From Octopus vulgaris (Eukaryota), in NCBI GenBank assembly GCA_951406725.2, contig OX597814.1:142848001-142912000 (forward strand): a DNA stretch of 64,000 nt, read 5' to 3'. The notes under the pieces are model-generated. The model searched no databases. It saw only the letters and a program-made list of their open reading frames with translations, and had not been told where the DNA came from. Positions 41,966-53,845 of the stretch are shown here, in pieces (the stretch's first letter is position 1; each line of letters opens with the position of its first letter). Made by a program: the position numbers and the translations under genes.

Positions 41966-42146
41966 TATTTCTTTACTACCCACAAGGGGCTAAACACAGA
42001 GGGGACAAACAAGGAGAGACAAACGGATTAAGTCGATTACATCGACCCCAGTGCGTAACTGGTACTTAACCCAGAACGTAGCGGCAGACGAAATACGGCT
42101 ACGCATTTCGCCCGGCGTGCTAACGTTTCTGCCAGCTCGCCGCCTT
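41966..42146 (-). mobile_element. Family B SINE, internally deleted
   Basis: TSD AACAAAGCAGAGTTTA at 41950-41965 and 42147-42162. Confidence 0.9.
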
Positions 42147-42409
42147 AACAAAGCAGAGTTTAATCAGCAGGATGTCAACTCAAGGAAGGAATACCTTGTA
42201 GCGTTTTATAGGATCCTATTACGACTTGGTTAATTTGTCGCCTTGAGATACAACATCACTACTGGAAAGTATATCTGATATTACAAGACAACTAAGGATC
42301 TTTACATGAGCATCCAACATGTTAAGAACAGTAGCTAAATTCACTCAAACATACTTCTCTGTCTCAAAGAAAAGGAAACATTTGATAATTTCTTCTTGGC
42401 TACAAAATC

Positions 42410-43019
42410 CTTCGATCAGGGCCACTGTTTTTGAGGGGAAGGGGAAGTCAAATACATCGACCTCATTACTTGACTAGTACTTTATTCTATTGATCTCGAA
42501 AGGATTAACGTCAAAGCGGGGAATGAAAGAAGAATGTAAAAAGCCGGAAGAAACGCCACTAAGCATTTTGTTCGGTATGATAGCGATTGTGCCAGCTTAC
42601 CTCTTTTCCTGGAAACAATAATATTTTCTACTATAGGCACAAGACCTGGAATTTTAGGGGAGGGGTTTGTTTGTTACATTGACCCCAGTGCTGAATTGGT
42701 GTCTATTTGATCGATTACGAAAGGATGAAAGATAAAGTCAACTTTGGTGGAATTTGAACACAGCATGTAAAGACGGACGAAATACCTATTTCTTTACTAC
42801 CCACAAGGGGCTAAACACAGAGGGGACAAACAAGGACAGACAAACGGATTAAGTCGATTACATCGACCCCAGTGCGTAACTGATACTTATTTAATCGACC
42901 CCGAAAGGATGAAAGGCAAAGTCGACCTCGGCGGAATTTGAACTCAGAACGTAGCGGCAGACGAAATACCGCTAAGCATTTCGCCCGGCATACTAACGTT
43001 TCTGCCAGTTCGCCGCCTT
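42410..43019 (-). mobile_element. Array of old family B copies joined to a young copy (42787-43019)
   Basis: Junction GACGAAATACC|TATTTCTTTAC at about 42786. Confidence 0.8.
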
Positions 43020-43305
43020 TCCAATAATGATTGGGAAAAAAGCCATGAGATTGTTATGGCTGGAAGATAGTAGTAGACAAAAATGTCTCTTTAATCTATC
43101 ATTTAGTTTGTACAGTTGGTCTGAATTTTGATCATAAGTATGCTCTGTCATGGATGACCACGGAATTAAAAGAAAAAAATACTAACAAAACACTTACAAC
43201 AGAAGCAACAATAACACGGCCAAAAAGAGGAGTCTACATAGTCGCTTGACCTACGAGAAAAAGTAGCCAAATTTTCCTCAAATCACATCCTACCGGAATG
43301 CTTTT

Positions 43306-43377
43306 GATCAGGTGTCTTGGGGAAATTTCGAACCTGGGTTCTCATTCTTAAGATATTTTTCGATGTTGATGTTGTTG

Positions 43378-43417
<40 letters not shown>

Positions 43418-43690
43418 TATTATTATTATTCAGGTCACTGCCTGGAATCAAACTCGGAATCTTGGGGTTAGTAGCCCGCGCTCTTAACCACTACGCCATA
43501 TGCCCGTGTCATCGAAAACTACCTTAGGAATGAGAACCCAGGTTCGAAATTTCCCCAAGACATTTTATGAAAGCTGGAGGGTATATCAGCCGAAACATTG
43601 TGTTAATAACAAACAAGATGACAAATATCCGCCTAATGTAAATAATATATATATATATATTATTTACATTAGGCGGATATTTGTCATCTT
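43306..43690. mobile_element. tRNA-like head plus PLE/hammerhead element with inverted arms and terminal palindrome
   Basis: Arms 43313-43365 and 43510-43562; tRNA-like 43433-43505 (minus); decayed HHR TTTATGAAAGCTGGAGGGTATATCAGCCGAAAC; perfect 76-bp palindrome 43615-43690. Confidence 0.75.
43433..43505 (-). pseudogene. tRNA-like sequence (nominal anticodon ACT), repeat-derived
   Basis: GGGCATATGGCGTAGTGGTTAAGAGCGCGGGCTACTAACCCCAAGATTCCGAGTTTGATTCCAGGCAGTGACC; A and B boxes present, poor acceptor stem. Confidence 0.65.
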
Positions 43691-43730
<40 letters not shown>

Positions 43731-44242
43731 GTATGTATGCATATATATATATAATATGTATGTATATATAATATGTATGTATATATATATGTGTGTGTGT
43801 GTTTGTATGCATGTGTACACACACACACACACACATATATGCATATAGTATCTTAAGCATCGCAGGGCATTTTGCCCGCTGCCTATAGTATCTGGATAAA
43901 TATGTATGTGAATTTTTGAAGGCGTTGCCTTCCTTATAGAGCTATTCATTAAAGAGACATTTCTGACTTGTAACTACTGTTTTTCAGTTGTTACAAATTA
44001 TGTCGACTATTTGGAAACGATATTTTGCAATATCTATTTTGGTACTGATGTAAATAGTCGAGAAAAACTAGTCGGTTACATCAGACCGCTCTTCGAAGAT
44101 CAGTGAAGGTGAGTAGGTTAAATAATAGGGATGTTGGTCTCACAATCATAAGGTGTTGGTTCGAATTAAGAATCAGGTGATGTCTTTGAACAAAGCACGT
44201 AATTTCACGTTGTTTTATACTACTTTACTGAAAAAGAGTACC

Positions 44243-44649
44243 TATTTCTTTACTACCCACAAGGGGCTAAACACAGAGAGGACAAACAAGACAAACGGAT
44301 TAAGTCAATTATATCAACCCCAGTGCGTAACTGGTACTTATTTAATCGACCCCGAAAGGATGAAAGGCAAAGTCGACCTCGGCGGAATTTGAACTCAGAA
44401 CGAAACGGCAGACGAAATACCTATTTCTTTACTACCCACAAGGGGCTACACACAGAGGGGACAAACAAGGACAGACAGACGGATTAAGTCGATTATATCG
44501 ACCCCAGTGCGTAACTGGTACTTATTTAATCGACCCCGAAAGGATGAAAGGCAAAGTCGACCTCGGCGGAATTTGAACTCAGAACGTAACGGCAGACGAA
44601 ATACCGCTAAGCATTTCGCCCGGCATGCTAACGTTTCTGCCAGCTCGCC
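44243..44649 (-). mobile_element. Family B SINE dimer
   Basis: TSD TTTACTGAAAA(A/T)GAGTACC at 44224-44242 and 44650-44668; internal junction at about 44421. Confidence 0.9.
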
Positions 44650-45826
44650 TTTACTGAAAATGAGTACCATCAAACTGTTGGTGCAGATTTTCTCTTTTCA
44701 TCCACCTGCCATTTCCTCCACATTCCGATGGGTCGAGAGCAGGAGGACCGAGATAGTGTCTATGCCTGCTTGTGATAACATAGGCAACTAAGACAATTAA
44801 TGAAAGCTTCGTTCAAATCACCAGGTCCTATTTGGTTTCGAGTGACTGCTAAGATATTTCTAAACTCCCTTAAAAAAAAAAAAAAATCGAAGGTGGCGAA
44901 ATGGCATAGTCGTTAGAAAATCGAACGATGTTTTGAGATATTCGTTCCAATTGCCTTAGTTCCAAATATCGCCGAGTAGTAAAGTAGTTGAACCATCTTC
45001 CTCCGCCTCTCTGGAAAACATTCGGCTGTGGTTAGATCAGGCGTTGAAAGGGATGGGCTCCGTTAGATTTATAACCTACGGGGCTAGCTGTAATGTCATC
45101 AGGATGTACCCCACCCACTCTAACGACACTTTCAGGGAGTTGAAAAGCTCAAAGAAGGAGGGGAAAAAAGGGACCGATTGTATCTTAAATGTGAAATGGT
45201 ACTGTCGAGTATATGATGTTTTGGAGACTATTAGTTAAAAATCAATTACGTCTATTGGCTGTATACTCAAATTACATCAAGTATTGAAATAATTAATATA
45301 TGAACAAATAATATAATTGGTATAACTATACAAGACACACACACATTTGCGTATGCGAGTATGTTTGTGAAATAATGAATTCTCGTTGAAGTGCAGTTCT
45401 ATTTATATAGAATTTTCGAATGACACTCCTGTTTTATTTTATATATTTACTTATTATTATCCATTTTGTTTTATTTTATATTAGACTTATTTTACTGTAT
45501 CACATTACAGATAATTTAATACATGAGACAGACTGTCTGATACTCTTCCGCTATTTCTTATCGTTTTCCACCTTAACGTTTACACACACACACATCAATG
45601 TTTTCGCAAAAAGGAAAAGATCAACTGTATTCTCGTTTATAGCAAAGTTCATAGAGACTGTGGTGGTGGTGAATAAATCAATATTTAAAAACAGAAGGGT
45701 GGTGGAATTACGGTGAAGCTGCCCGTGTCACAATTGTGTGTATATGATATTTTCTTTTGTCTGTGCTCAATTCCCCCCAGAGGTGACTTTATCGTTCGTC
45801 CTTCTGAAGTCGATAAATTATGTACC

Positions 45827-46059
45827 TATTTCTTTACTACCCACAAGGGGCTAAACACAGAGGGGACAAACAAGAACAGACACACGGATTACGTCGTTTA
45901 CATCGACCCCGGTGCCTGACTGGTACTTAATTTATCGACCTCGAAAGGATGAAAGGTAAAGTCGACCTTGACGGAATTTGAACTCAGAACGTAACGGCAG
46001 ACGAAATACGGCTGCGCATTTCGACCGGCGTGCTAACGTTTCTGCCAGCTCGCTGCCTT
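45827..46059 (-). mobile_element. Family B SINE inserted into an older, opposite-strand B copy
   Basis: TSD GATAAATTATGTACC at 45812-45826 and 46062-46076. Confidence 0.9.
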
Positions 46060-46695
46060 TTGATAAATTATGTACCCGTTAAGTACTCATATCGCATCTA
46101 GACATGGGTTTGTAGTTAAGAAGTTCGCTTTTCAACCACATGGTCTTGGGTTCTGTCCCATGGCGTTATATCTCCACAAATGTTTTCTATATAGATTCGT
46201 GCCAATCGACGCCTGAGTGAAATTGGTTGTCGAAACACGTCATACATACAAACAAACATACATACATATACACATGTGTTATATGTGTGTAAATATATGT
46301 GTATGAATGCATTTGTTTCTCTTGTATTTCTTTAAGTTGATACTGTTAAAAGAAAAAAACAACGGTGTCTGCTTAAAGCCTAGCGAGTTAACAATACGAT
46401 GAAAGCCTAATTTTAAAATGAGCGCTTGGGTTCATACCATCTACTAAAAGCGTGAAGGCAGTGCCCCGATATGACCACAATCCAACAAATGGATTGAGTA
46501 TAAGTGTAATCTATTGTATCTCTTCCCCAAAATCTTTATAGCCTCCTCACAAAGGACGATGGACTGGCCGATTACGCAGAGCAGCGGGCAAAATGCCTTG
46601 TTATATTTAATTATCACACCCACCCCACCTATACCTTCTCAACCCCATCCTCCTCCCGCAGATACCAAATCCACCCATTCCTCTCCGACAAAAAA

Positions 46696-47441
46696 AATAA
46701 AAAGACACTGGCATACAGGAACCCACAAACTTCCCCTCCCATTGAAAGTTGTTTTGCATGTATGATGTTTGAAGGTGTAGATCTGGAACTGATTAACAAA
46801 ACAACGAGATGGAAGAACACAAGGTTTATTAACGTGGAAGAAAAGACAAATGTTAAGGGGTGGCATACATGTGTTTTAGTATCAGAGAAACTGAAGAACG
46901 AAATAGAAAAGTATAAAGGTGGGTACAAGTGTTGGAGAGTGAACTATGACATGAAAGTGTTGCCGGATAATATAGAGTATGAAGAACTTATAAAAGAACA
47001 GGGATTGGATATTTTGGATGGTAAAGAATTTAAAGGAAGAAGGCGGCGAGCTGGCAGAAACGTTAGCACGCCGGGCGAAATGCTTAGCGGTATTTCGTCT
47101 GCGTTACGTTGTGAGTTCAAATTCCGCCGAGGTCGACTTTGCCTTTCATCCTTTCGGGGTCGATAAATTAAGTACCAGTTACGCACTGGGGTCGATGTAA
47201 TCGACTTAATACCTATGTCTGTCCTTGTTTGTCCCCTCTGTTTAGCCCCTTGTGGGTAATAAAGAAATAGGTAAAGAATTTAAAGGAAGTGAAGCTACTC
47301 GGAGGTGGGGCAAGTAGCTGCATTTTCATTTTTTCATTCACCTTATATTATACATTTTTTTTTTTTTCGTTTTTTTTCTATGTCCCCGCATGTCTTTGTA
47401 TTGTCCCCTCTTCGTTGGCCCCTTGATGGCAATAAAGAAAC
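46696..47441 (+). mobile_element. Putative LINE-like 3' end (short ORF plus tail), interrupted by a family B SINE
   Basis: Frame continues across the SINE as ...GLDILDGKEFKG|SEATRRWGK*; tail TGTCCCCTCTTCGTTGGCCCCTTGATGGCAATAAAGAAA resembles the family B tail. Confidence 0.45.
47040..47269 (+). mobile_element. Young family B SINE
   Basis: 20-bp TSD GGTAAAGAATTTAAAGGAAG at 47020-47039 and 47270-47289. Confidence 0.93.
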
Positions 47442-47794
47442 AGATGTTTAATTACCACTCTTTACATTCTGAGTTTGAACCCCATCAAAGTTAATTATGC
47501 CTTTCATATTTCTGTTTTTATAGTCGGGCAGATGAAGCTCATTAGCTTAGTGTGTGGGCTACCGATTTAGGGGAAGAAAAATCCTGGTTCTAAACCACCA
47601 CTCCCTTACACCCACCATGGGAGGGTTTCAGGAGTAAAACCTGAGGTAAAACTAAAAGTCGGTGCTTCTGAAGCAGTTCGACGTTATCGGCAAACTCGTT
47701 CTGGCAACTCTTGCTATGAGTTTGGTACCAAACTGCCAAATTATAAAGGCAGTACAATTCTATTTCTAAGATGAGAGATTTATATTTTGTACTG

Positions 47795-48120
47795 AGTAGC
47801 AAGAAGCTTGCTTCCCAGCCACATGGTTTCGGGTTCAATCCCACTGTGTGGCAACTTGGGCAAGTGTCTTCAACTGTAGCCTCGGGCCGAACAAAGCCTT
47901 GTGAATGGATTTGGTAGACATAAACTGAAAGAAGCCTGTCGTATATATATTTGTATTTGCTTGACAACCGATGTTGGTGTGTTTACGTCCCCGTAACTTA
48001 GCGGTTTTGGCAAAAGAGGCCGATAGAATAAGTCCAGAGTTCGATTTCTTCGACTAAAAAGCGGTGCTCCAGCATGGTCACGGTCAAAATGACTGAAACA
48101 AAAGAATAAGGATAAAAGAA
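47795..48120 (+). mobile_element. SINE family C
   Basis: Family C blocks. Confidence 0.8.
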
Positions 48121-48132
48121 TACTATACATCA

Positions 48133-48435
48133 GTCGAACTGTGTCCCCATTTTGATTGTTGTTTTCACTACATTCTCAGCTGTCGTACGCTCCAGGCTTT
48201 CTTCAGTTGATTTGTCTCAAACTGGGTTGTTGTATCGGAATTTCGAATCTAATCTTTTACTTGACCCACGGACGTACATACACTGTTCTCATTCCGCTCT
48301 CTGTGTATCGTGACATTTTTAGCTCCAGCTGATTTTCTTCTTTTTTTCTTTTTTTTTTTGTGAATTCACCTTAGTATCTTGCCTGAAATTGAACTCAAAA
48401 TTTCTAGGTGGCTTCACTACGCTATACCCGTAGGC
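48133..48435 (-). mobile_element. Diverged relative of the tRNA-head/hammerhead element at 43306-43690
   Basis: Minus-strand order: TAGCGTAGTG, GAGTTCAATTTCAGGCA, A-rich run, GGAATGAGAAC, TTCGAAATT, CTGAAGAAAGCCTGGAG..CAGCTGA, AACAACAATCAAAATG. Confidence 0.55.
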
Positions 48436-48489
48436 AGAGTGAATTTTTAAGGCTTATAAACCTAATGTCTATAATTATTACTAGTGTGA

Positions 48490-48672
48490 AAGCGGCGAGC
48501 TGGCAGAAACTTTAGCACACCGGTCGAAATGCGTAGCCGTATTTCGTCTGCCGTTACGTTCTGAGTTCAAATTCCGCCGAGGTCGACTTTACCTTTCATC
48601 CTTTCGGGGTCGATAAATTAAGTACCAGTTACGCACTGAGGTCGATGTAATCGGCTTAATCCGTTTGTCTGC
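48490..48672 (+). mobile_element. Family B SINE, 3' truncated
   Basis: Head and core intact; tail ends early. Confidence 0.85.
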
Positions 48673-48859
48673 ACTTGGTCTGCCTAGGAGTTTGTTATGT
48701 CCTAATATATGCACTGCTTCCTAAAGTTTTCTAATTTTCCTGTGTTGCACTCTGTCAATTATTTTGAACTTATCCATAGGGGTCGGTAGTCTCCATTTTC
48801 TCTCCACACGTAATCAACTATACCTGACTTTTCAATATCCCCTCGTGCTCGTGCCTTCT

Positions 48860-49185
48860 GAGTGCTGTTCTTTTGGATCCATCAGTGACATGGAGAGTGG
48901 GGGACACGCTGAATAGGGAACAACCTGTTCTCCATACCTGACAATCTAGGCTTGGATCCTATCAAATACACTATACTGGAGAGACAGAACCGGACAGTAC
49001 ATCGAGAAGGACGGTCCGGCCTCGTCTACGGCGTTGACAATACAGGGAGCCACAGTTACCGGTTGTAAGTCGTAGCTACAACTCAAAGAGCACTGAAACA
49101 GTACACAAGCGCGGCTTATGTGGCAGAGACTGTCACTCGTTCATTGGATTGTTCAGTCACAGGCAACTTTGTTACAGTAGGGCCA
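48860..49185 (+). mobile_element. Decayed RTE-clade LINE C-terminus
   Basis: LCGRDCHSFIGLFSHRQLC resembles the RTE terminal CGRxCxSRIGLxSH motif. Confidence 0.55.
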
Positions 49186-49382
49186 ACAAATAGGAAATTC
49201 ATCCATGGTCAATATCGACAGACAAACAGATATTTCCAACGTCAAGAAAATAGAGGAGCAGTGAAGAACTGGTGTCGCTCTTCATCTTCGTTTGTTTGTT
49301 TGGATTAATGAGCTGAATAATTTCACTTACAACAGAAATAAAACTAGTGCTATCTTAAGGCTTGGATACACTGGGTAGTTGT

Positions 49383-50018
49383 CAGAACCGGATTAAGACC
49401 CACAGAGGCCCTACGCACTTAAAAGATTTTGGTGTCCCCATATTTATGTAATTCAAAATATAAACAATAACAAACCATAGAATAAATATTTATTTTTTCA
49501 AAATGAAACAAAACTAACAGTAAAATGGAAAATAATATTTACTTTTGTATACTACCATTTTATTTAAATTTGAAAAGTTTTCTCCTACTTCTTTTAATAG
49601 CAGAGTCTTTGATCAGATCCTCACTGTGACATCATGAACACTTCGAAATTATATTGCTGATCACTTCGAATATTATTTTAGCAAGTCTGAAGTGATTTAC
49701 CATTTCTTATTTCTTTATTGCCCTCAAGGGGCTAAACCTAGAGGGGACAAACAAGGAAAGACAAAGGGATTAAGTCGATTATGTCGACTCCAATGCGTAA
49801 CTGGTACTTAATTTATCGACCCCGAAAGGATGAAAGGCAAAGTCGACCTCGGCGGAATTTGAACTTAGAACGTAATGGCAGACGAAATACGGCTACGCAT
49901 TTCGCCCGGTGTGCTAACGTTTCTGCCAGCTCACCGCCTTGTGATTTACCATTTCTGTGGTGCCCCTGCTTTCCTGGAGGCCGTAAGCATGTACTTATTT
50001 TGCTTTAATCCAGCATTG
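49383..50018. mobile_element. hAT-type non-autonomous transposon containing a family B SINE (49708-49940)
   Basis: Termini CAGAACCGGATTAA / TTAATCCAGCATTG; 8-bp TSD GTAGTTGT / GTAGTTGC; SINE TSD GTGATTTACCATTTCT. Confidence 0.7.
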
Positions 50019-50549
50019 GTAGTTGCTTGGAGGATAAGGGAACGACTGATAGAGGAACCCAATGCTAATCTATATACGTATGCTGTGGTTTTCTGTAAGC
50101 AAATAAACACTACAGGCTCCGGTACATAAACGCGAACCCTTTAACCATTGATACTCTCGATTATATAATTCGGTGTTTGAATAATAATCTCAAAAGGCAA
50201 GATTTCAGGTAATGAAGCCATTTAACACTGGAGATTTCAGTATGAAAAAGTGAACACTGAAAATGTTTAAGAATTTTTATAACATGCAAAATATAACTTT
50301 TTACCTTTTTGCTGTAATCATCTAAATTCCATCGATTAAACCTTGTTTCATTACAGAAAGCTCTTTCATTATAGGAAAACTTAAAGAAGAGAAAAATTTT
50401 TCGCATTTTCCTGTTTTGTTTTAACATGTTATTTTCTGTTGTGGCAATATATATAACCTTTTGTTATATTTCTGTTGAAATACACTGCCTTTGTTTAAAG
50501 TAATTTTGATAATAATAAAGGATTTAGTACAATAACATTGTCATTATTA

Positions 50550-51190
50550 AGGTGGTTCAAATTAGCAGAAATGTTAGCACGCTGTACAAAAGCGTTTAGC
50601 GGCATTTTATCCTTTACGTTCTGAGTTCAAATTCTGCCGAGATCGACTCTGTCTTTCTTCACTTCCAGATCGATAAGTACCAGCTGGACACTGGGGTTGA
50701 TATAATCGACTTAACTCCTTTCCCGAAGCTGCTGGCCTTGTGCCAAAATTTGAAACCATTATTAAGCTGGCGAAAGGTGGCAGCTTGGCAGAAACGTTAG
50801 CAAGCCGGGCGAAATGATTAGAGGCATTTCGTTGGTCTGTACGTTCTGAGTTCAAATTCCACCAAGGTTTACTTTGCTTTTCATCCGTTTGGGGTCGATA
50901 AAATAAGTATCAGTTGTGCATTGGGGTTAATGTAATAGACTTACCCACTCACCCGGAATTGCTGGCCTTGTGCCAAAAGTTGAGACCATTAGTAAGCAGA
51001 TGAAAAGTGGCACGCTGGCAGAAACTTTGGCACACCGTACTAACAGTACTTACTGGGCACGTCGTCCGTCTTTACGTTCTGAGTTCAAATTCCGCCGAGG
51101 TCGATTTTGCCATTCATTCTTTTGGGTTCGATAAAATAAGTACCCCTCCACTGAAAACTGCTGACCCTGTTCCAAAATTAGAATTATGAT
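50550..51190 (+). mobile_element. Tandem trimer of older family B SINEs, possibly inside a piggyBac-like MITE (about 50453-51311)
   Basis: Three B cores with GCTGGCCTTGTGCCAAAA-type tails; outer ends CCTTTTGTTA / TATCAAAAAGAG are degenerate. Confidence 0.7.
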
Positions 51191-53431
51191 GCTGGTGTTT
51201 GGAATATAAATTAACATGAAATTTTGATGGGAAGTTTTAATTCAGATCACAGGAAACGTGTATCACAGGAATATGTTCGGTTTCAGATGGTTTGATATCA
51301 AAAAGAGTTGCAATCAAACTATAACATCTTATGTAAATTTAACTTCATGTGCTGTTTTGCTTGATTGACAGAGCCATTATAACGCTGAACAAAATACTTA
51401 GCGGTAGTTAGTCACGGTTTTCACATTCCAGACGAGAGAAGTTGGAATTGAGCTAATTTCTTGTCTAATCCAGTTAGTGACATAATTTGGAATCAGACTG
51501 GAACAATTCCACTTCTCCTACACTGTAAATTCTTTCGAAGTATTGCCCGAATATTAGATTACACATTTCCTAATTACTTCATACCTCTTTGCTAGGGATG
51601 ATTTTAAAGTGGTACCAACAACATCAATATAAACTGAAGTGTACATGGTTAGGAACCTCACTTTGCAACCACGTGGTTTCGGGTTCAGTTCCACAGCGCG
51701 GTAATTTGGGAAAGTGTCTTCTTCTATAACCGGGCTTTGTAAAAGAATTTGATAGACAGAAATTGTAAAGGTTCGTGTATAATGTGTGTGTGTAACTCCC
51801 ACCACCTGATAGCCGGTGGCTGGTTTACATCTCCGTAACCAAGCCGTTCGGCCAAAGTGATCGACAGAATAAGTACCAGACTTTAAAAATAAAAATAAGT
51901 TCTGGTTCGATTTGTTCGACTAAATTCGTCAAACAGTGCCCCAGCTTGGCCTCACTCTAATCACTGAAACAAGATAAAAGAAGCTATATAAATAAACGAA
52001 AATTCTTCTGGAATTTGAAACTGTAGTGTGGTCCTCAGATGTCACTAGTACTCATTCTCAGCTGAGAGTACGAGAGCAACATGAAATAAAGTACCTCGTT
52101 GAAGGACACAACTCACTCATCCGGTGCCGAAATTGAACCTATGACAAATCGTCTGCTCAACATCTCTAATCTCAAAACTACGAGTCTTCAGAGTTTTAAT
52201 GAAATATCTGTGACAGAATTAGAAAAGTATCACTCAACATAGTACTGCTATTTTGTTACGTTTTGAGTTCAACTTCCATTAATGTCAGTTTTGCCAGTCG
52301 TTTTTCTGGAGGTCGAAAAAAAATGCTGTTCAAATATTAGGATCGATATAGTCGATTATTCATTTAAAGGCGGTACTCCATTATGACAGGAATCCAATGA
52401 ACGAAACCCAACCCGTAAAAGAATATCTAAAATCTAATCACATTTTTCTTAATAATAATATATAAAAAAAAAAATCCTTCTATATATTTGTAAGGCAATG
52501 CCATTACTCATGCTGAGTCTTAACCATATGAGTAATACGGGAACAGAGGACTTTATGGGGTAGGGATAAAAGGGGGGAAAAAATAAACAAACAAACAAAA
52601 CAAAACAAAAAGCATTTCGCCAATCTGGTGGAAAATGCAGAAAAATGATATGAATATCCATTCATAATAACTTGAGCACAAAGAAAACATATTTACCAAG
52701 TTGTATCTACAACGAATATTGTTAAAATTCAAAGCAAATTAGCCCTTTTATCGTAATGCAATAAAATGCCATGTTTCTCCATTCCTATTTACCATTTTCT
52801 ATTAATATATATCTCAAATGCAAAGGCAACTTTATTACCAATTCCGTAGTTGATATTAACTGGTGATGGAAGAGAGGGTTATATAGAGGTTAGTCAGTAG
52901 AAACGTTAGCGCACTAAACTTGTTGCGCTACATTATTTACTTTTATTATTATAGGTAGTGAGTTCAAATCCAGTCGGTATCGACTTTATTTTCTTGACAT
53001 TGTTTAGTAACAGGTCAACTATAATCCAGCAGATATGATCAAAGGCGTTCTTGCCGTAACCATCCATCCGTTTTTAACATTTGCATTTATATTATCAAAC
53101 AACAATATTTCTTTCCCTTTTTAATACAACAGGGTGTAATTTGAGGGAGATTTGCTTACTATTTCTTGCAGGTAGAACAACCACATATAAACATTAAGCT
53201 ATCGCATGGGTCGATGAAATTAATTCCAGTGATGCACTTGGATTGATGAAATCGATCACGTTTTTTCCCTTGAGGAAATTGATATTAGGCCAATTCAAAG
53301 AAATCGATATTAACTGAAATATATTGTTATTTAGTATTATTAACATCATTATGGCCCAAAATGGCAGAATCGCAGGAATCGGCAAAGCGCCGAAAGAAAC
53401 GACTTACTGTATTTATTTATTTAGTCAAGAC

Positions 53432-53466
53432 ATCGTTCGCGGTCTTTTGGCTAAGATCAAAGTGTA
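53432..53466 (+). pseudogene. RNU2: 3'-truncated U2 snRNA retrocopy
   Basis: ATCGTTCGCGGTCTTTTGGCTAAGATCAAAGTGTA matches the U2 5' end (AUCGCUUCUCGGCCUUUUGGCUAAGAUCAA-GUGUAG); TTTAGT lies on both sides. Confidence 0.85.
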
Positions 53467-53704
53467 ATATTTTAGTACATTTTACTTTTTGGGTTCAGAT
53501 CTCACCTGTGCCTTTCAATATGCCGGGTTTGAGATTCATAAAATGAATAATAACCAAATAGTAGAGTTCATATCATCATATATCATTTTCTTTCTCGATC
53601 CTCTAAGGTTTCCGTGGAGTACAGTAATCCCTCGACTACGTTCCACCACCCCACCCGCGATAGGTGAAAATCCGTGAAGTAGAAATGACACTGAATATAT
53701 ATTT

Positions 53705-53775
<71 letters not shown>

Positions 53776-53807
53776 TTTATTTTAAGCAGCAGAAAATTCA
53801 ACAAAAT

Positions 53808-53845
53808 CTGTTACTCTGAGTTTCTCGTTGCCGTTCATCAGACAG
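53808..53845 (-). ncRNA. Minimal type I hammerhead ribozyme (inverted copy)
   Basis: Exact reverse complement of 56044-56081. Confidence 0.7.

Noticed and set aside
43433-43505. Functional tRNA-Ser(ACT) gene
   Set aside because: Poor acceptor stem, no long variable arm, anticodon not normally used in eukaryotes, and embedded in a repeat.
50116-50207. Possible plus-strand exon LRYINANPLTIDTLDYIIRCLNNNLKRQDFR
   Set aside because: Weak acceptor, no recognisable homology and no convincing partner exons.
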